Shown piece by piece: positions 1-8,755 of a DNA stretch of 64,000 nt. The translations under genes and the position numbers were made by a program. Numbering within the stretch: the stretch's first letter is position 1; each line of letters begins with the position of its first letter. Source of the stretch: an uncultured bacterium (lineage in GTDB: Bacteria; Bacteroidota; Bacteroidia; Cytophagales; Cyclobacteriaceae). Where the stretch lies: positions 2,623 to 66,622 of the forward strand of contig CBRFFM010000015.1 of the NCBI GenBank assembly GCA_967789005.1. Reading direction: 5' to 3'. The notes under the pieces were generated by a model. The model was not told where the DNA came from. It saw nothing but the letters and a program-made list of their open reading frames with translations, and searched no databases.

Positions 1-9
1 CAATGAGAA

Positions 10-75
10 TTCAAAATTTCAAATTCAAAATTATCTAGCGTCTAGCTTCCAGAATCCACCCTCCAGCATCTAGAA
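10..75. repeat. Two blocks of tandem heptamers upstream of glyQS. Three TT(T)CAAA(A) units lie at 10-30 and six TCYAGnn units at 34-75.
   Basis: Read directly: ttcaaaa|tttcaaa|ttcaaaa, then tctagcg|tctagct|tccagaa|tccaccc|tccagca|tctagaa, all in strict 7-nt register. Confidence 0.8.
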
Positions 76-80
76 TTTTC

Positions 81-88
81 TATTTTTG
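81..88 (+). promoter_or_regulatory. Candidate Bacteroidota -7 promoter box (TAttTTTG) for glyQS
   Basis: The sequence tatttttg matches the TAnnTTTG consensus. It ends 7 nt before the ATG at 96, which implies a leaderless or very short 5' UTR. No clear -33 TTTG is present. Confidence 0.35.
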
Positions 89-95
89 CACCCTT

Positions 96-1655
96 ATGGC
101 AAACGATCAAGAGAACCTGTTGAAAAAAGTGATTTCCCATGCCAAGGAGTATGGGTTTGTTTTTCCTTCGAGTGAAATTTATGACGGCCTCAGCGCGGTG
201 TATGACTACGGGCAGAATGGCGTGGAACTGAAAAACAACATCAAGGAATACTGGTGGAAGTTTATGACGCAGATGCACGACAACATTGTGGGCATCGATA
301 CGGCCATCTTCATGCACCCCACCGTGTGGAAGGCGAGCGGCCACGTGGATGCCTTCAACGACCCGATGATCGACAACAAAGACTCGAAGAAGCGCTACCG
401 TGCCGATGTGCTGGTGGAAGATGCCATCGCCAAAATGGAAGAGAAAGTTGACAAAGAATGCGAGAAGGCTGCGAAACGTTTTGGGGAGTCGTTTGACAAA
501 GCGATGTTTTTGCAAACCAACCCACGTGTGTTGGAATACAAAAAGAAAATAGACGAAGCCAACGAGCGCCTGAAGAACGCCATGAACGCGAGCAACATGG
601 TGGCGATGAAACAACTGATCGTAGACTTAGAAATCAACGACCCGATCAGCGGCACTAAAAACTGGACGGACGTGCGTCAGTTCAATTTGATGTTCAGCAC
701 CGAGATGGGTTCAATTGCTGAAGATGCGAACAAGATTTATTTGCGCCCGGAAACCGCACAGGGAATTTTTGTGAACTTCTTGAACGTGCAGAAGACAGGA
801 CGGATGAAAATTCCTTTCGGGATTGCACAGATTGGTAAAGCGTTTAGAAATGAAATTGTGGCGCGCCAGTTTATTTTCCGCATGCGCGAGTTTGAACAGA
901 TGGAGATGCAATATTTTGTGAAGCCGGGCACAGAGATGGAGGCGTATGAATTCTGGAAAGCGAAGAGGATGAAGTGGCATCAGGCATTAGGTCTTGGGCA
1001 GGACAACTATCGTTTTCATGATCATTTGAATCTTGCGCATTACGCCAACGCTGCGTGCGACATTCAATTTAATTTCCCGATGGGCTTCAAGGAGTTGGAA
1101 GGAATTCACAGCAGAACTGATTTTGATTTGAAAAGCCACGAGAAACATTCGGGCAAGAAGCTTCAGTATTTCGATAGCGAAGACAATCAGAATTATGTTC
1201 CGTTTGTAGTAGAGACTTCGGTAGGATTGGACAGGATGTTCCTTTCTATTTTGTCGAATTCATATAAGGAAGAGAAAGTCTCTAATGCAGAAGGTGAAGA
1301 AGGAGGCGAGCGCGTGGTGCTTGCAATTCCTGCGGCATTGGCTCCATATAAAATTGCAGTGCTGCCTTTGATGAAGAAAGATGGTTTGCCTGAGAAGGCG
1401 ATCGATATTCTTCACGAACTCAAGGCCGACTTCCGCTGCTACTACGAAGACAAAGACACGATTGGCAGAAGATACAGAAGGATGGATGCCATCGGCACTC
1501 CTTATTGTGTAACGATTGATCATCAGACTTTGCAAGACAACACAGTGACTATTCGCGAGCGTGACTCGATGAAGCAGGAGCGGATTGAGATTTCGAAAGT
1601 GGGTGAGAAGATTCAGAAGCTCGTTTCGATGACTGAGTTGTTGAAGAAGGTTTAA
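96..1655 (+). CDS. glyQS: Glycine--tRNA ligase (dimeric class II GlyRS)
   Basis: 519-aa ORF. The N-terminus KEYGFVFPSSEIYDG, the motif FRNEI..RQFIFRMREFEQMEMQYF, and GLDR plus the anticodon-binding C-terminal domain are typical of alpha2-type GlyRS. Confidence 0.95.
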   Translation: MANDQENLLKKVISHAKEYGFVFPSSEIYDGLSAVYDYGQNGVELKNNIKEYWWKFMTQMHDNIVGIDTAIFMHPTVWKASGHVDAFNDPMIDNKDSKKRYRADVLVEDAIAKMEEKVDKECEKAAKRFGESFDKAMFLQTNPRVLEYKKKIDEANERLKNAMNASNMVAMKQLIVDLEINDPISGTKNWTDVRQFNLMFSTEMGSIAEDANKIYLRPETAQGIFVNFLNVQKTGRMKIPFGIAQIGKAFRNEIVARQFIFRMREFEQMEMQYFVKPGTEMEAYEFWKAKRMKWHQALGLGQDNYRFHDHLNLAHYANAACDIQFNFPMGFKELEGIHSRTDFDLKSHEKHSGKKLQYFDSEDNQNYVPFVVETSVGLDRMFLSILSNSYKEEKVSNAEGEEGGERVVLAIPAALAPYKIAVLPLMKKDGLPEKAIDILHELKADFRCYYEDKDTIGRRYRRMDAIGTPYCVTIDHQTLQDNTVTIRERDSMKQERIEISKVGEKIQKLVSMTELLKKV

Positions 1656-1738
1656 ATTCTTTGCATCCTTTGCGTACTTAGCGGTTTAGAATGCATTTAC
1701 CGCGGAGGTTCGGAGAGAGATTTTTGTAACTTTGAATA

Positions 1739-2023
1739 ATGAGAGTCAGAAAACCAATTTCACTTACCGATTCGATTGGTAAGGATTTGCATAAAGTCCT
1801 TGTCAAAGAGAAATTGGTGTGGTCTCACCCTGAACGGGTTTCTGGTGATTTACTGATTTACGAAACTCGTGTTCCTCTTACTTTATTTTTGCAATTCCTT
1901 TCTGAAAACAGAGTTGAAGAATTTGAGGAGGCATATCCTTCAGTTTCTAAGGATAAAATCATTAGTATTCTTAGTCACCTCGCGATTCCTTCCTTAGGAA
2001 AACGAAAAGCAAAAGTTCGCTGA
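1739..2023 (+). CDS. DUF433-family protein (putative antitoxin-like)
   Basis: 94 aa. The segment HPERVSGDLLIYETRVPLTLFLQFL...EAYPSVSKDKIISILSHL follows the DUF433 pattern. Its stop overlaps the next start as TGATG. Confidence 0.65.
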   Translation: MRVRKPISLTDSIGKDLHKVLVKEKLVWSHPERVSGDLLIYETRVPLTLFLQFLSENRVEEFEEAYPSVSKDKIISILSHLAIPSLGKRKAKVR

Positions 2024-2355
2024 TGAAAGTTTTGCTTGACGAAAACCTCGATCATCGTCTCAAGAATCATATTCCGAACTCATTCACTGTTTTCGAGATG
2101 GGATGGAGTAGCCTGAAAAATGGTGAGCTCTTGAAAAAACTTTTAAGCAATGAATTTTCTTTCCTTTTGTCGGCTGACTTAAATATGCCTTACCAACAAA
2201 ATGAGAAAAAGATTATCGCTTCTGATCTCACCATTATAATCCTAAACGGGAAGAACGAGCTCAAAGAGCATTTGAAATACGTTGATCAGATTAAGGACTT
2301 AATCAAGTCGAAGGATGCCCCTAAGGGATTTGTGGTTTTGAACTATAAAAAATAG
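2023..2355 (+). CDS. DUF5615-family PIN-like protein (putative toxin)
   Basis: 110 aa. The N-terminus MKVLLDENLDHRL is the hallmark start of DUF5615 (Mut7-C/PIN-like). It is translationally coupled to the DUF433 gene. Confidence 0.65.
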   Translation: MKVLLDENLDHRLKNHIPNSFTVFEMGWSSLKNGELLKKLLSNEFSFLLSADLNMPYQQNEKKIIASDLTIIILNGKNELKEHLKYVDQIKDLIKSKDAPKGFVVLNYKK

Positions 2356-2390
2356 GAAACGAACTGGCCCCAACTTCTTTCCTTTCGCCT

Positions 2391-3350
2391 TCACTTTCTT
2401 TTCTTCGGCCGATGGTCTTTAAGTTTTTCTATGGTGAGGTTGGCTTCAAAGTCTTTTGACTCGAGGGTGATTAACTTTGAATTCTTGTCTTGCCTGACTT
2501 CAAATCGAATTGGAAAATAAGGGTTCGCGCTAATGATTTCACAGTGTGGATTGGTGTCTCCCAAACAAACCTTGACGAGCTTCTCTGCAGGAGGCTGAAC
2601 TTCTATCCAGCCGTAATCTTTTAAAGTGTATGTGCTATCGCAGACGGAAATCCGGATGTCGTTATCAGATGCTTTACCGTATTTTATTCTGTCGGCTAAA
2701 TTGGTTGCTAAGTCTTTGCCTGTTCGAAAGAATATAGCTGTTCCAAAATTTTTGCCGTCTCCTTTTTCTTCTTCTTTTGTGTGGCTGGCAAGGTTATACG
2801 CTCGGATGACTTCTTTCAGACTTTCTTTATTCAGTTTAAAGTTATCATCGATTGTTTTTAAGCTTTGCGAGTCATCAGCAACAAACAATTTAAGGAGATC
2901 AATTTCTTTTTTCTTGTTTTGAAATAATGAGTGACTCTCGAAAATGGGCTCAAATCTCCCGGATTTTTCAATAAAGAAATAATTGATGGTTGTGGGAGGG
3001 ATTGGAGGTGAGCCTGGTGCTGAAGGTGCTCCCGGGTAGATCACGATTTTTTCATAGAGATTGATCTTTCCCACCAGTGCTCTTGTTACGAATTGATAAG
3101 TTTTCGAACTGCCATCAACCTCAGGTTTAGCATAGTAGAGAGTTTCTTCATAATCAGAGAAATACCCTCTGACATCGGCTATTTTGATTTCTGTTTTTTC
3201 CTTTTTACCTGGCTCTTTGAGCAGAACACTGCTTTGACTTTCGCTGAATTTATTGAACCTGATTTTTTGGCCGTCATTCAAGATGAAATAGCCCTGACCA
3301 TGTGCTATTAGTTGGAGGGTAATAAAAATTAGCGTGAATGTTAGTCTCAT
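2391..3350 (-). CDS. Hypothetical secreted protein
   Basis: 319-aa ORF with an N-terminal signal peptide (MRLTFTLIFITLQLIAHGQ). I recognise no family motif. Confidence 0.6.
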   Translation of the reverse strand: MRLTFTLIFITLQLIAHGQGYFILNDGQKIRFNKFSESQSSVLLKEPGKKEKTEIKIADVRGYFSDYEETLYYAKPEVDGSSKTYQFVTRALVGKINLYEKIVIYPGAPSAPGSPPIPPTTINYFFIEKSGRFEPIFESHSLFQNKKKEIDLLKLFVADDSQSLKTIDDNFKLNKESLKEVIRAYNLASHTKEEEKGDGKNFGTAIFFRTGKDLATNLADRIKYGKASDNDIRISVCDSTYTLKDYGWIEVQPPAEKLVKVCLGDTNPHCEIISANPYFPIRFEVRQDKNSKLITLESKDFEANLTIEKLKDHRPKKRK

Positions 3351-3400
3351 CTGTTGTGCTTAAGAAGCAGCAATATGCTAAACTTGCGAGAATTATAATT

Positions 3401-4726
3401 ATGAACTGGCCACAACTTCTTTCCTCTCATCGCCTTGGGCAAAAGCAAGACGCAGTTGATCAATCGCGAAGTGCTTTCGAACAAGACTATGATCGAATTA
3501 TTTTCTCACATCCTTTCAGAAGGCTGCAAGACAAAACGCAAGTTCATCCGCTGCCCGTTGAGGATTTTGTGCACACGAGATTGACTCATAGTCTTGAAGT
3601 GTCGAGTGTGGGAAGATCGCTTGGTAAGAAGGTAGGGGAACAGATTTTAAAGAGACACGCAGAGCTTAACAAAGATTTTTCTCTGTTTGATTTTGGTGCG
3701 ATAGTAGCGGCAGCATCACTTGCTCATGATTTAGGTAATCCTCCGTTTGGGCATGCGGGTGAAGAAGCGATCTCTGATTTTTTTATTTATCACGAAAAAG
3801 GCAAGTCGCTAAAACCATTTGTAACTGAAAGTGAGTGGGCTGACCTGACCAACTTTGAAGGCAATGCGCAAGGCTTTCGATTGCTGAATCAAAAACAATA
3901 CGGACTGAAATTGACAGCGGCTACGCTTGGGGCTTTTACAAAATATCCTTGCCCTGCATTTTTTCCTGAGCGCGATAAGTCAAAGAAGAGCCAGAAGAAA
4001 TTTGGTTTCTTTGAATCGGAGCGCCAAGCTTTTGAAACCGTAGCTTCTGATCTTGGATTAGTTAAGGTGAATAGTAATTCGTGGAGTCGTCACCCGCTTG
4101 CGTTTTTGGTGGAGGCGGCTGATGACATTTGTTATTCGCTTATCGATTTAGAAGATGGTTGTCGGTTGGGATTGGTAAGCTTGGATGAAACGATAGCATT
4201 AATTGCAGCGATTCTTAAAGACAAATTCAAAAAAGATAAAGTTGACAAGATTGTTGGCTTGAACGAAAAGTTGGGTGTGTTGCGCGCTCTTGCTATCGGT
4301 CAACTGCTGGATGAATCGGTTGCTCTGTTTCTTGATGAAGAGAAAAATATTCTTGATGGGAAATTTGACAAGGCACTTACGGATGAAATTGTTTCTAAAA
4401 ATGCGTTGAAAGAAATCTCAAAAATTTCTGTTGATAAAATTTATCGTGCTAGAACAGTAGTAGAGATTGAAGCGAGTGGCCATGCAGTGTTACCGGGATT
4501 GCTCGAAGAGTTTGTGGTGGCAGCTCAATCGCTTCAGCAAAATAGTGCGTCACGCAAACATAAAAACCTGCAATTATTGTTGCCTGAAGAAATTCGCTGG
4601 GCGCTGGCGAATCAAGTAGAAACGCCAAATCAGATGCTTCGCTTGATTGTCGATTTTATTTCGGGTCTTACAGATCGGCATGCATTGAGCCTTTACCAGA
4701 AAATTAAAGGAATTTCTGCGTTGTAG
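3401..4726 (+). CDS. dgt: dGTP triphosphohydrolase-like HD-domain protein
   Basis: HD motifs HSLEVSSVGRSLG and AHDLGNPPFGH are present, with a C-terminal DFISGLTDRHA. I chose the start at ATG 3401 (MNWPQLLS) to avoid overlapping the divergent gene. Confidence 0.85.
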   Translation: MNWPQLLSSHRLGQKQDAVDQSRSAFEQDYDRIIFSHPFRRLQDKTQVHPLPVEDFVHTRLTHSLEVSSVGRSLGKKVGEQILKRHAELNKDFSLFDFGAIVAAASLAHDLGNPPFGHAGEEAISDFFIYHEKGKSLKPFVTESEWADLTNFEGNAQGFRLLNQKQYGLKLTAATLGAFTKYPCPAFFPERDKSKKSQKKFGFFESERQAFETVASDLGLVKVNSNSWSRHPLAFLVEAADDICYSLIDLEDGCRLGLVSLDETIALIAAILKDKFKKDKVDKIVGLNEKLGVLRALAIGQLLDESVALFLDEEKNILDGKFDKALTDEIVSKNALKEISKISVDKIYRARTVVEIEASGHAVLPGLLEEFVVAAQSLQQNSASRKHKNLQLLLPEEIRWALANQVETPNQMLRLIVDFISGLTDRHALSLYQKIKGISAL

Positions 4727-4804
4727 ACCATTTGTAAGTTTCTAAAGGCTTTTGTTATTGTTTTCGCCTCAGCCAATCGTTAATTTTATAAGCTAATTTC
4801 TCCT

Positions 4805-6073
4805 ATGGAAACCTACGGTAAGATAGTACTCATTGCCATGCCGGCATTTTTGTTTTTGGTGCTCTTCGAAAAATGGTGGGGCATCAGGAAAGGCAACGAC
4901 ACCGTTCGACAGAATGATATGATCTCCAGCCTCAGCTCTGGAGTTACGAATGCCACTAAAGATGTATTGGGCTTAAGTGTTGCCATTATTTCTTATCCGT
5001 GGATTGTTAGTAAAATAGCTGTGATGCATGTGGAGGCAACGTGGGCCGTTTATTTCATTGCTTTCATGGCGCTTGATTTTGCAGGCTACTGGGTGCATCG
5101 CATTTCGCATGAAGTGAATTTTTTCTGGAACAATCATATCATTCACCACAGTAGCGAGGAATTTAATCTGGCGTGCGCGCTTCGTCAGAGTGTATCCGTG
5201 ATTTTTAAAGTATTTGCGCTATTCTTAATCCCTGCCGCAGTATTCGGAGTGCCTGAGTCTGTGATTGCCATCGTTGCTCCACTACACTTGTTTGCACAAT
5301 TCTGGTATCATACCCAGCACATTGACAAGATGGGTTTTCTTGAAAAAATTATCGTAACGCCATCACATCATCGCGTTCACCATGCGATCAACCCAGTGTA
5401 TCTCGACAAAAATTATGGTCAGATATTTATTTTCTGGGACAAGCTGTTTGGCACTTTTCAGGAAGAACTCCCCAATGTGCCAGCAGTGTATGGAGTTACA
5501 CGACCAGTGCAAACCTGGAATCCCATCAAGATCAATTTTCTACACGCTTGGCTGTTGATCAAAGATGCGTGGCGTACGAATAATATAATGGACAAGTTTC
5601 GGATTTGGTTCATGCCACTCGGATGGCGTCCGGCAGATGTAGCTGACAAATATCCTGTATACAAAATCAAAGACGTATACAATTTCGAAAAGTATGACCC
5701 TAAAGTTTCTAATGGCATCATTGTTTGGAGCTGGGTGCAGATGACGATGATGTTTTTATTGGTCAGTTATCTTTTTGGAAACATTGCTAAGATCGGTGCG
5801 CCAAACATATTTTGGTATGGCGGAATTGTTTTCCTTTCGATCTATGCGTACACCGAATTGCTTGATAAGAGCAAATTTGCTTTTGTGTGGGAGCTGGCTA
5901 AAAATATTTTAGGAGGTTATCTCATTTGGAAAAATGGTGGATGGTTTGGGCTTGACTCTGTGTTGCCTTATGGAAGCGCGTTCCTTGCGTTCTATTTTGG
6001 AGTTTCTTCAGTTGTTGTTGCTTATTTTTCTAGCAGTTTTTCTTCTTCCACAGAGCAGACAATCCCGCTTTAG
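4805..6073 (+). CDS. Fatty acid hydroxylase / sterol desaturase family membrane protein
   Basis: His boxes HRISHE, NNHIIHH and HHRVHH are present, with multiple TM segments and an additional C-terminal membrane domain. Confidence 0.8.
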   Translation: METYGKIVLIAMPAFLFLVLFEKWWGIRKGNDTVRQNDMISSLSSGVTNATKDVLGLSVAIISYPWIVSKIAVMHVEATWAVYFIAFMALDFAGYWVHRISHEVNFFWNNHIIHHSSEEFNLACALRQSVSVIFKVFALFLIPAAVFGVPESVIAIVAPLHLFAQFWYHTQHIDKMGFLEKIIVTPSHHRVHHAINPVYLDKNYGQIFIFWDKLFGTFQEELPNVPAVYGVTRPVQTWNPIKINFLHAWLLIKDAWRTNNIMDKFRIWFMPLGWRPADVADKYPVYKIKDVYNFEKYDPKVSNGIIVWSWVQMTMMFLLVSYLFGNIAKIGAPNIFWYGGIVFLSIYAYTELLDKSKFAFVWELAKNILGGYLIWKNGGWFGLDSVLPYGSAFLAFYFGVSSVVVAYFSSSFSSSTEQTIPL

Positions 6074-6308
6074 CATGCTGGCCATCATTGCAGGTGCAAT
6101 TCATACGCCCACTGATTCCGAACTTTGGGTTATTCTTTTCCTGGCGATTCTCACTTTAATCGGAGTAAGTTTCTTAATGGGATGGTTTTTCAGCCGGGTG
6201 CTTTTCTCAAACAAAGACAGGAGGAAAAAGTATTTCTGGTGGATAAGTTTTTCCATCCTGCTTTCAAGTATGGTAGCGATGGGGCTGTTTATTTATTGGA
6301 TATTATGA
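6066..6308 (+). CDS. Possible small membrane protein (80 aa)
   Basis: This is an internal ATG of the 5934..6308 ORF. MLAIIAGAIH...VILFLAILTLIGVSFLMGWFF...WWISFSILLSSMVAMGLFIYWIL contains 2-3 hydrophobic helices. It overlaps the 3' end of the convergent gene by 20 nt. There is no homology support. Confidence 0.3.
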   Translation, partial: RFSMLAIIAGAIHTPTDSELWVILFLAILTLIGVSFLMGWFFSRVLFSNKDRRKKYFWWISFSILLSSMVAMGLFIYWIL

Positions 6309-8589
6309 TGGGTGCTGCTAAACAGCTATCAGGAATAGCAAATGCATCAACTAATGGAACAGCCTCTAGCCTAATATCCCAACAAAGTTGATTGAGCAAT
6401 TTGCGGATGGCTTTGGTTTTAGCCCCGCTCATGTATCCTTGTTCTAAATACCATCCTTTGTTTTTGTCGATTTGCGATAAAGCAAAGAGCGAACAAAGTT
6501 TTCTCAAGATCGCCTGGCAATTCTTATCAGCTGTGTTTTGAACTTGTTCTATAAATTTCTCCAGCACAATTCGTTCGATATAGGCGAACCCCACTTGTAC
6601 CAAATGATGTTGCGACACATTAAATGCATCAAACGAATCCATGCCTTGATCGATGTGACGTTTCAAACGCTTGGCTGCTGAAGTAAGAATGTCTCGTTCA
6701 CGATATTCAAATGCATCCATGTGAAATTCAGGATCGAGCAAATGATCTTCATCTGTTTTTCTGACAATGATCGGATTGAGCTCGGTAAACGAAGTCTTGG
6801 CTTGATCGGCTACATAGTTAAGAATACCAAACAAGTTCATGTGGGCAAACTCCTGCTTGAATTCAGTCAATCTGCTTTTCGCGACTAGCTGCATCAACAC
6901 CGTGTTGTCGCCTTCAAATGTGGTGAAGATGTCGGTGTCGTTTTTTAATGCATCGATTCTATTTTCCGATAAATAACCTTTTCCACCACAACACTCTCTA
7001 CATTCTTGTAAAGTTGCGGTTGCATTCCATGTGGCAAAAGATTTTAATCCAGCGGCCAGCGCTTCGATCTCCTGCATCTCCTCTTCCTTTCGATTGATAA
7101 AGCGATTGGTCAGGTATTGCAAAGAAAAGTGCAACGCATACGCATTCGCGAGAAGCGGCATCAATCTTCGCTGATGCGTTCTGTAATTTAAGATGGGAAC
7201 CTCAGGCGCTCCTTCCGGTCCGAATTGTTTTCGTTGATCTCCATACTTAATAGCGATCGTCAAACCTGATTTAGACGCACTCAATCCAGCTCGAGGAATT
7301 CCTATTCTTCCTCCTACTAATGTGCCCAGCATGGTGAAGAATCTTCGATTATCGCTAGAGATGGGACTTGAGAATTTCCCTTCTTCAGTAATGGAAGTGT
7401 AGCGGTCGAGTAAATTTTCTGCAGGCACTACTACGTTTCTAAATTCAATCTTTCCGTTATCAACTCCGTTCAATCCCATTTTTCGTCCGCAGTCTTCAAT
7501 GGTGATTCCTGGCAATGTGTTTCCTTTTTTATCACGAAGCGGAACTACAATTGCACAAACACCATAATCTTTCCCTTCTACAATTAATTTAGCAAAGACA
7601 GTTGCCATTTGTCCGTGCAAGGCGGCATTGCCGATGAATTCCTTGCGTGCATTCGGGTGAGGTGTGTGAACTGTAATTGTTTTTGTTGAGTGATCATAAG
7701 TAGCTGTAGTCTCAACTCCCTTCACGTTTGATCCATGATGGATCTCTGTCATCGCAAAACATCCCGGTAAGTCAAGTGTGCCGATGTCTTTCAAATATTT
7801 TTTGTGATGCTTTTCTGTGCCAAGAAAGTAAACGCTCATTCCCCACAAGCCGAACTGAACTCCAAATTTTATCACTAGACTCAAGTCGTGGTAGCTCAGT
7901 GTTTCCATAATGGCGAAATAAGATGCCATATCGTTTTGGCCACCGTATTCTTTAGGATAAGCAATCGAACCAAATCCCTGATCGGCCAGCATGTGCGCCC
8001 ATTGCAAAACTTTTGAGCGATAGATAGAGAGATCTCCCGGGTCGATGTATCTGAATTCAGGATCATCCAATATGGTTTTTACTTTGCGGATGATACCTTC
8101 ATTTTTTCCATCTAAAATTTTCGTCAATGCTTCGACATCGAAAGTTCGCTGAGTGGAAAGTTGTTGTGTAACGGACTCGCGTTTCCCTGATTGGAAATTG
8201 TAAGCCGCTTCGTGACTGATAAATCCTAATGTTGCTTCGATGTTTTCAAGTGCAGATTTTCCTTTCAATAATTCGCTGGAGACTGATCCGCGACTGCGTA
8301 CTAACTGAAACCCGATATCGACCAGACTTTTGCCATCTGTCTGGTCAGCAGCTTTCTTTATTTCTTCTTTCCAGCTCATTAAATCATCTGGCGATGGGGG
8401 AGAGGCCGGATTTATCTGCGAAAACAGAAATGATTTTTCGTCCGCATTCAACCACGGCTGGCTTTCAATCAAACCTTCAAGCGTTGCGATTTCACTGGGA
8501 GTGAGAACAGCATCTGACCAAACCGTATAAAACAATGGAAGGAAGACAAATAAAGACGGATTGGATTTCAATTGAGGTGATTGTAGCAT
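6289..8589 (-). CDS. Acyl-CoA oxidase/dehydrogenase family protein with an N-terminal extension
   Basis: The ACAD/ACOX core (GCFAMTEIHHGSN, FEGDNTVL) follows an uncharacterised N-terminal region of about 150 aa. I prefer the ATG at 8589 over the TTG at 8610. Confidence 0.85.
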   Translation of the reverse strand: MLQSPQLKSNPSLFVFLPLFYTVWSDAVLTPSEIATLEGLIESQPWLNADEKSFLFSQINPASPPSPDDLMSWKEEIKKAADQTDGKSLVDIGFQLVRSRGSVSSELLKGKSALENIEATLGFISHEAAYNFQSGKRESVTQQLSTQRTFDVEALTKILDGKNEGIIRKVKTILDDPEFRYIDPGDLSIYRSKVLQWAHMLADQGFGSIAYPKEYGGQNDMASYFAIMETLSYHDLSLVIKFGVQFGLWGMSVYFLGTEKHHKKYLKDIGTLDLPGCFAMTEIHHGSNVKGVETTATYDHSTKTITVHTPHPNARKEFIGNAALHGQMATVFAKLIVEGKDYGVCAIVVPLRDKKGNTLPGITIEDCGRKMGLNGVDNGKIEFRNVVVPAENLLDRYTSITEEGKFSSPISSDNRRFFTMLGTLVGGRIGIPRAGLSASKSGLTIAIKYGDQRKQFGPEGAPEVPILNYRTHQRRLMPLLANAYALHFSLQYLTNRFINRKEEEMQEIEALAAGLKSFATWNATATLQECRECCGGKGYLSENRIDALKNDTDIFTTFEGDNTVLMQLVAKSRLTEFKQEFAHMNLFGILNYVADQAKTSFTELNPIIVRKTDEDHLLDPEFHMDAFEYRERDILTSAAKRLKRHIDQGMDSFDAFNVSQHHLVQVGFAYIERIVLEKFIEQVQNTADKNCQAILRKLCSLFALSQIDKNKGWYLEQGYMSGAKTKAIRKLLNQLCWDIRLEAVPLVDAFAIPDSCLAAPIIISNK

Positions 8590-8622
8590 AATCGATGCGT
8601 TTATAACCAAAGATAAGATTAA

Positions 8623-8722
8623 TGTGTTGAGGTGTGGACGTGTTGATGTGTTGAAGTATTTCCGGTCAAAACTTAACGACTTCCAAACATGCGTACGTCA
8701 GACACGTCAACACATCAACACT
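8623..8722. repeat. Inverted arrays of octamers nGTGTKGA (4 units) and TCMACACn (3 units) in the divergent promoter region
   Basis: Left array: tgtgttga|ggtgtgga|cgtgttga|tgtgttga (8623-8654). Right array: tcagacac(g)|tcaacaca|tcaacact (8698-8722). A 15-nt perfect inverted repeat pairs 8640-8654 with 8707-8721. Confidence 0.85.
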
Positions 8723-8755
8723 TTTTCTTAGTTTTACCATTTAAATTTTCAGTTC

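Noticed and set aside
42-614. 190-aa minus-strand ORF
   Set aside because: It is entirely antisense to the well-supported glyQS gene. Its composition is His/Val/Phe-rich, typical of an antisense frame, and it has no motif.
1658-1710. Possible third member of the CTTTGCG family (ctttgca..cctttgcg..acttagcg ... accgcgg)
   Set aside because: The core words are similar, but the spacing is about 9 nt and irregular, and the arms pair over only about 5 bp. This is too weak to call as a feature.
5934-6065. Upstream part of the 124-aa ORF 5934..6308
   Set aside because: It overlaps the 3' end of the sterol-desaturase-family gene in another frame. Only the portion from ATG 6066 is retained, at low confidence.
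8590-8610. TTG start extension of the acyl-CoA oxidase-like gene
   Set aside because: An ATG at 8589 follows 7 codons later, and the extension adds nothing recognisable. I kept the ATG start, but this is uncertain.
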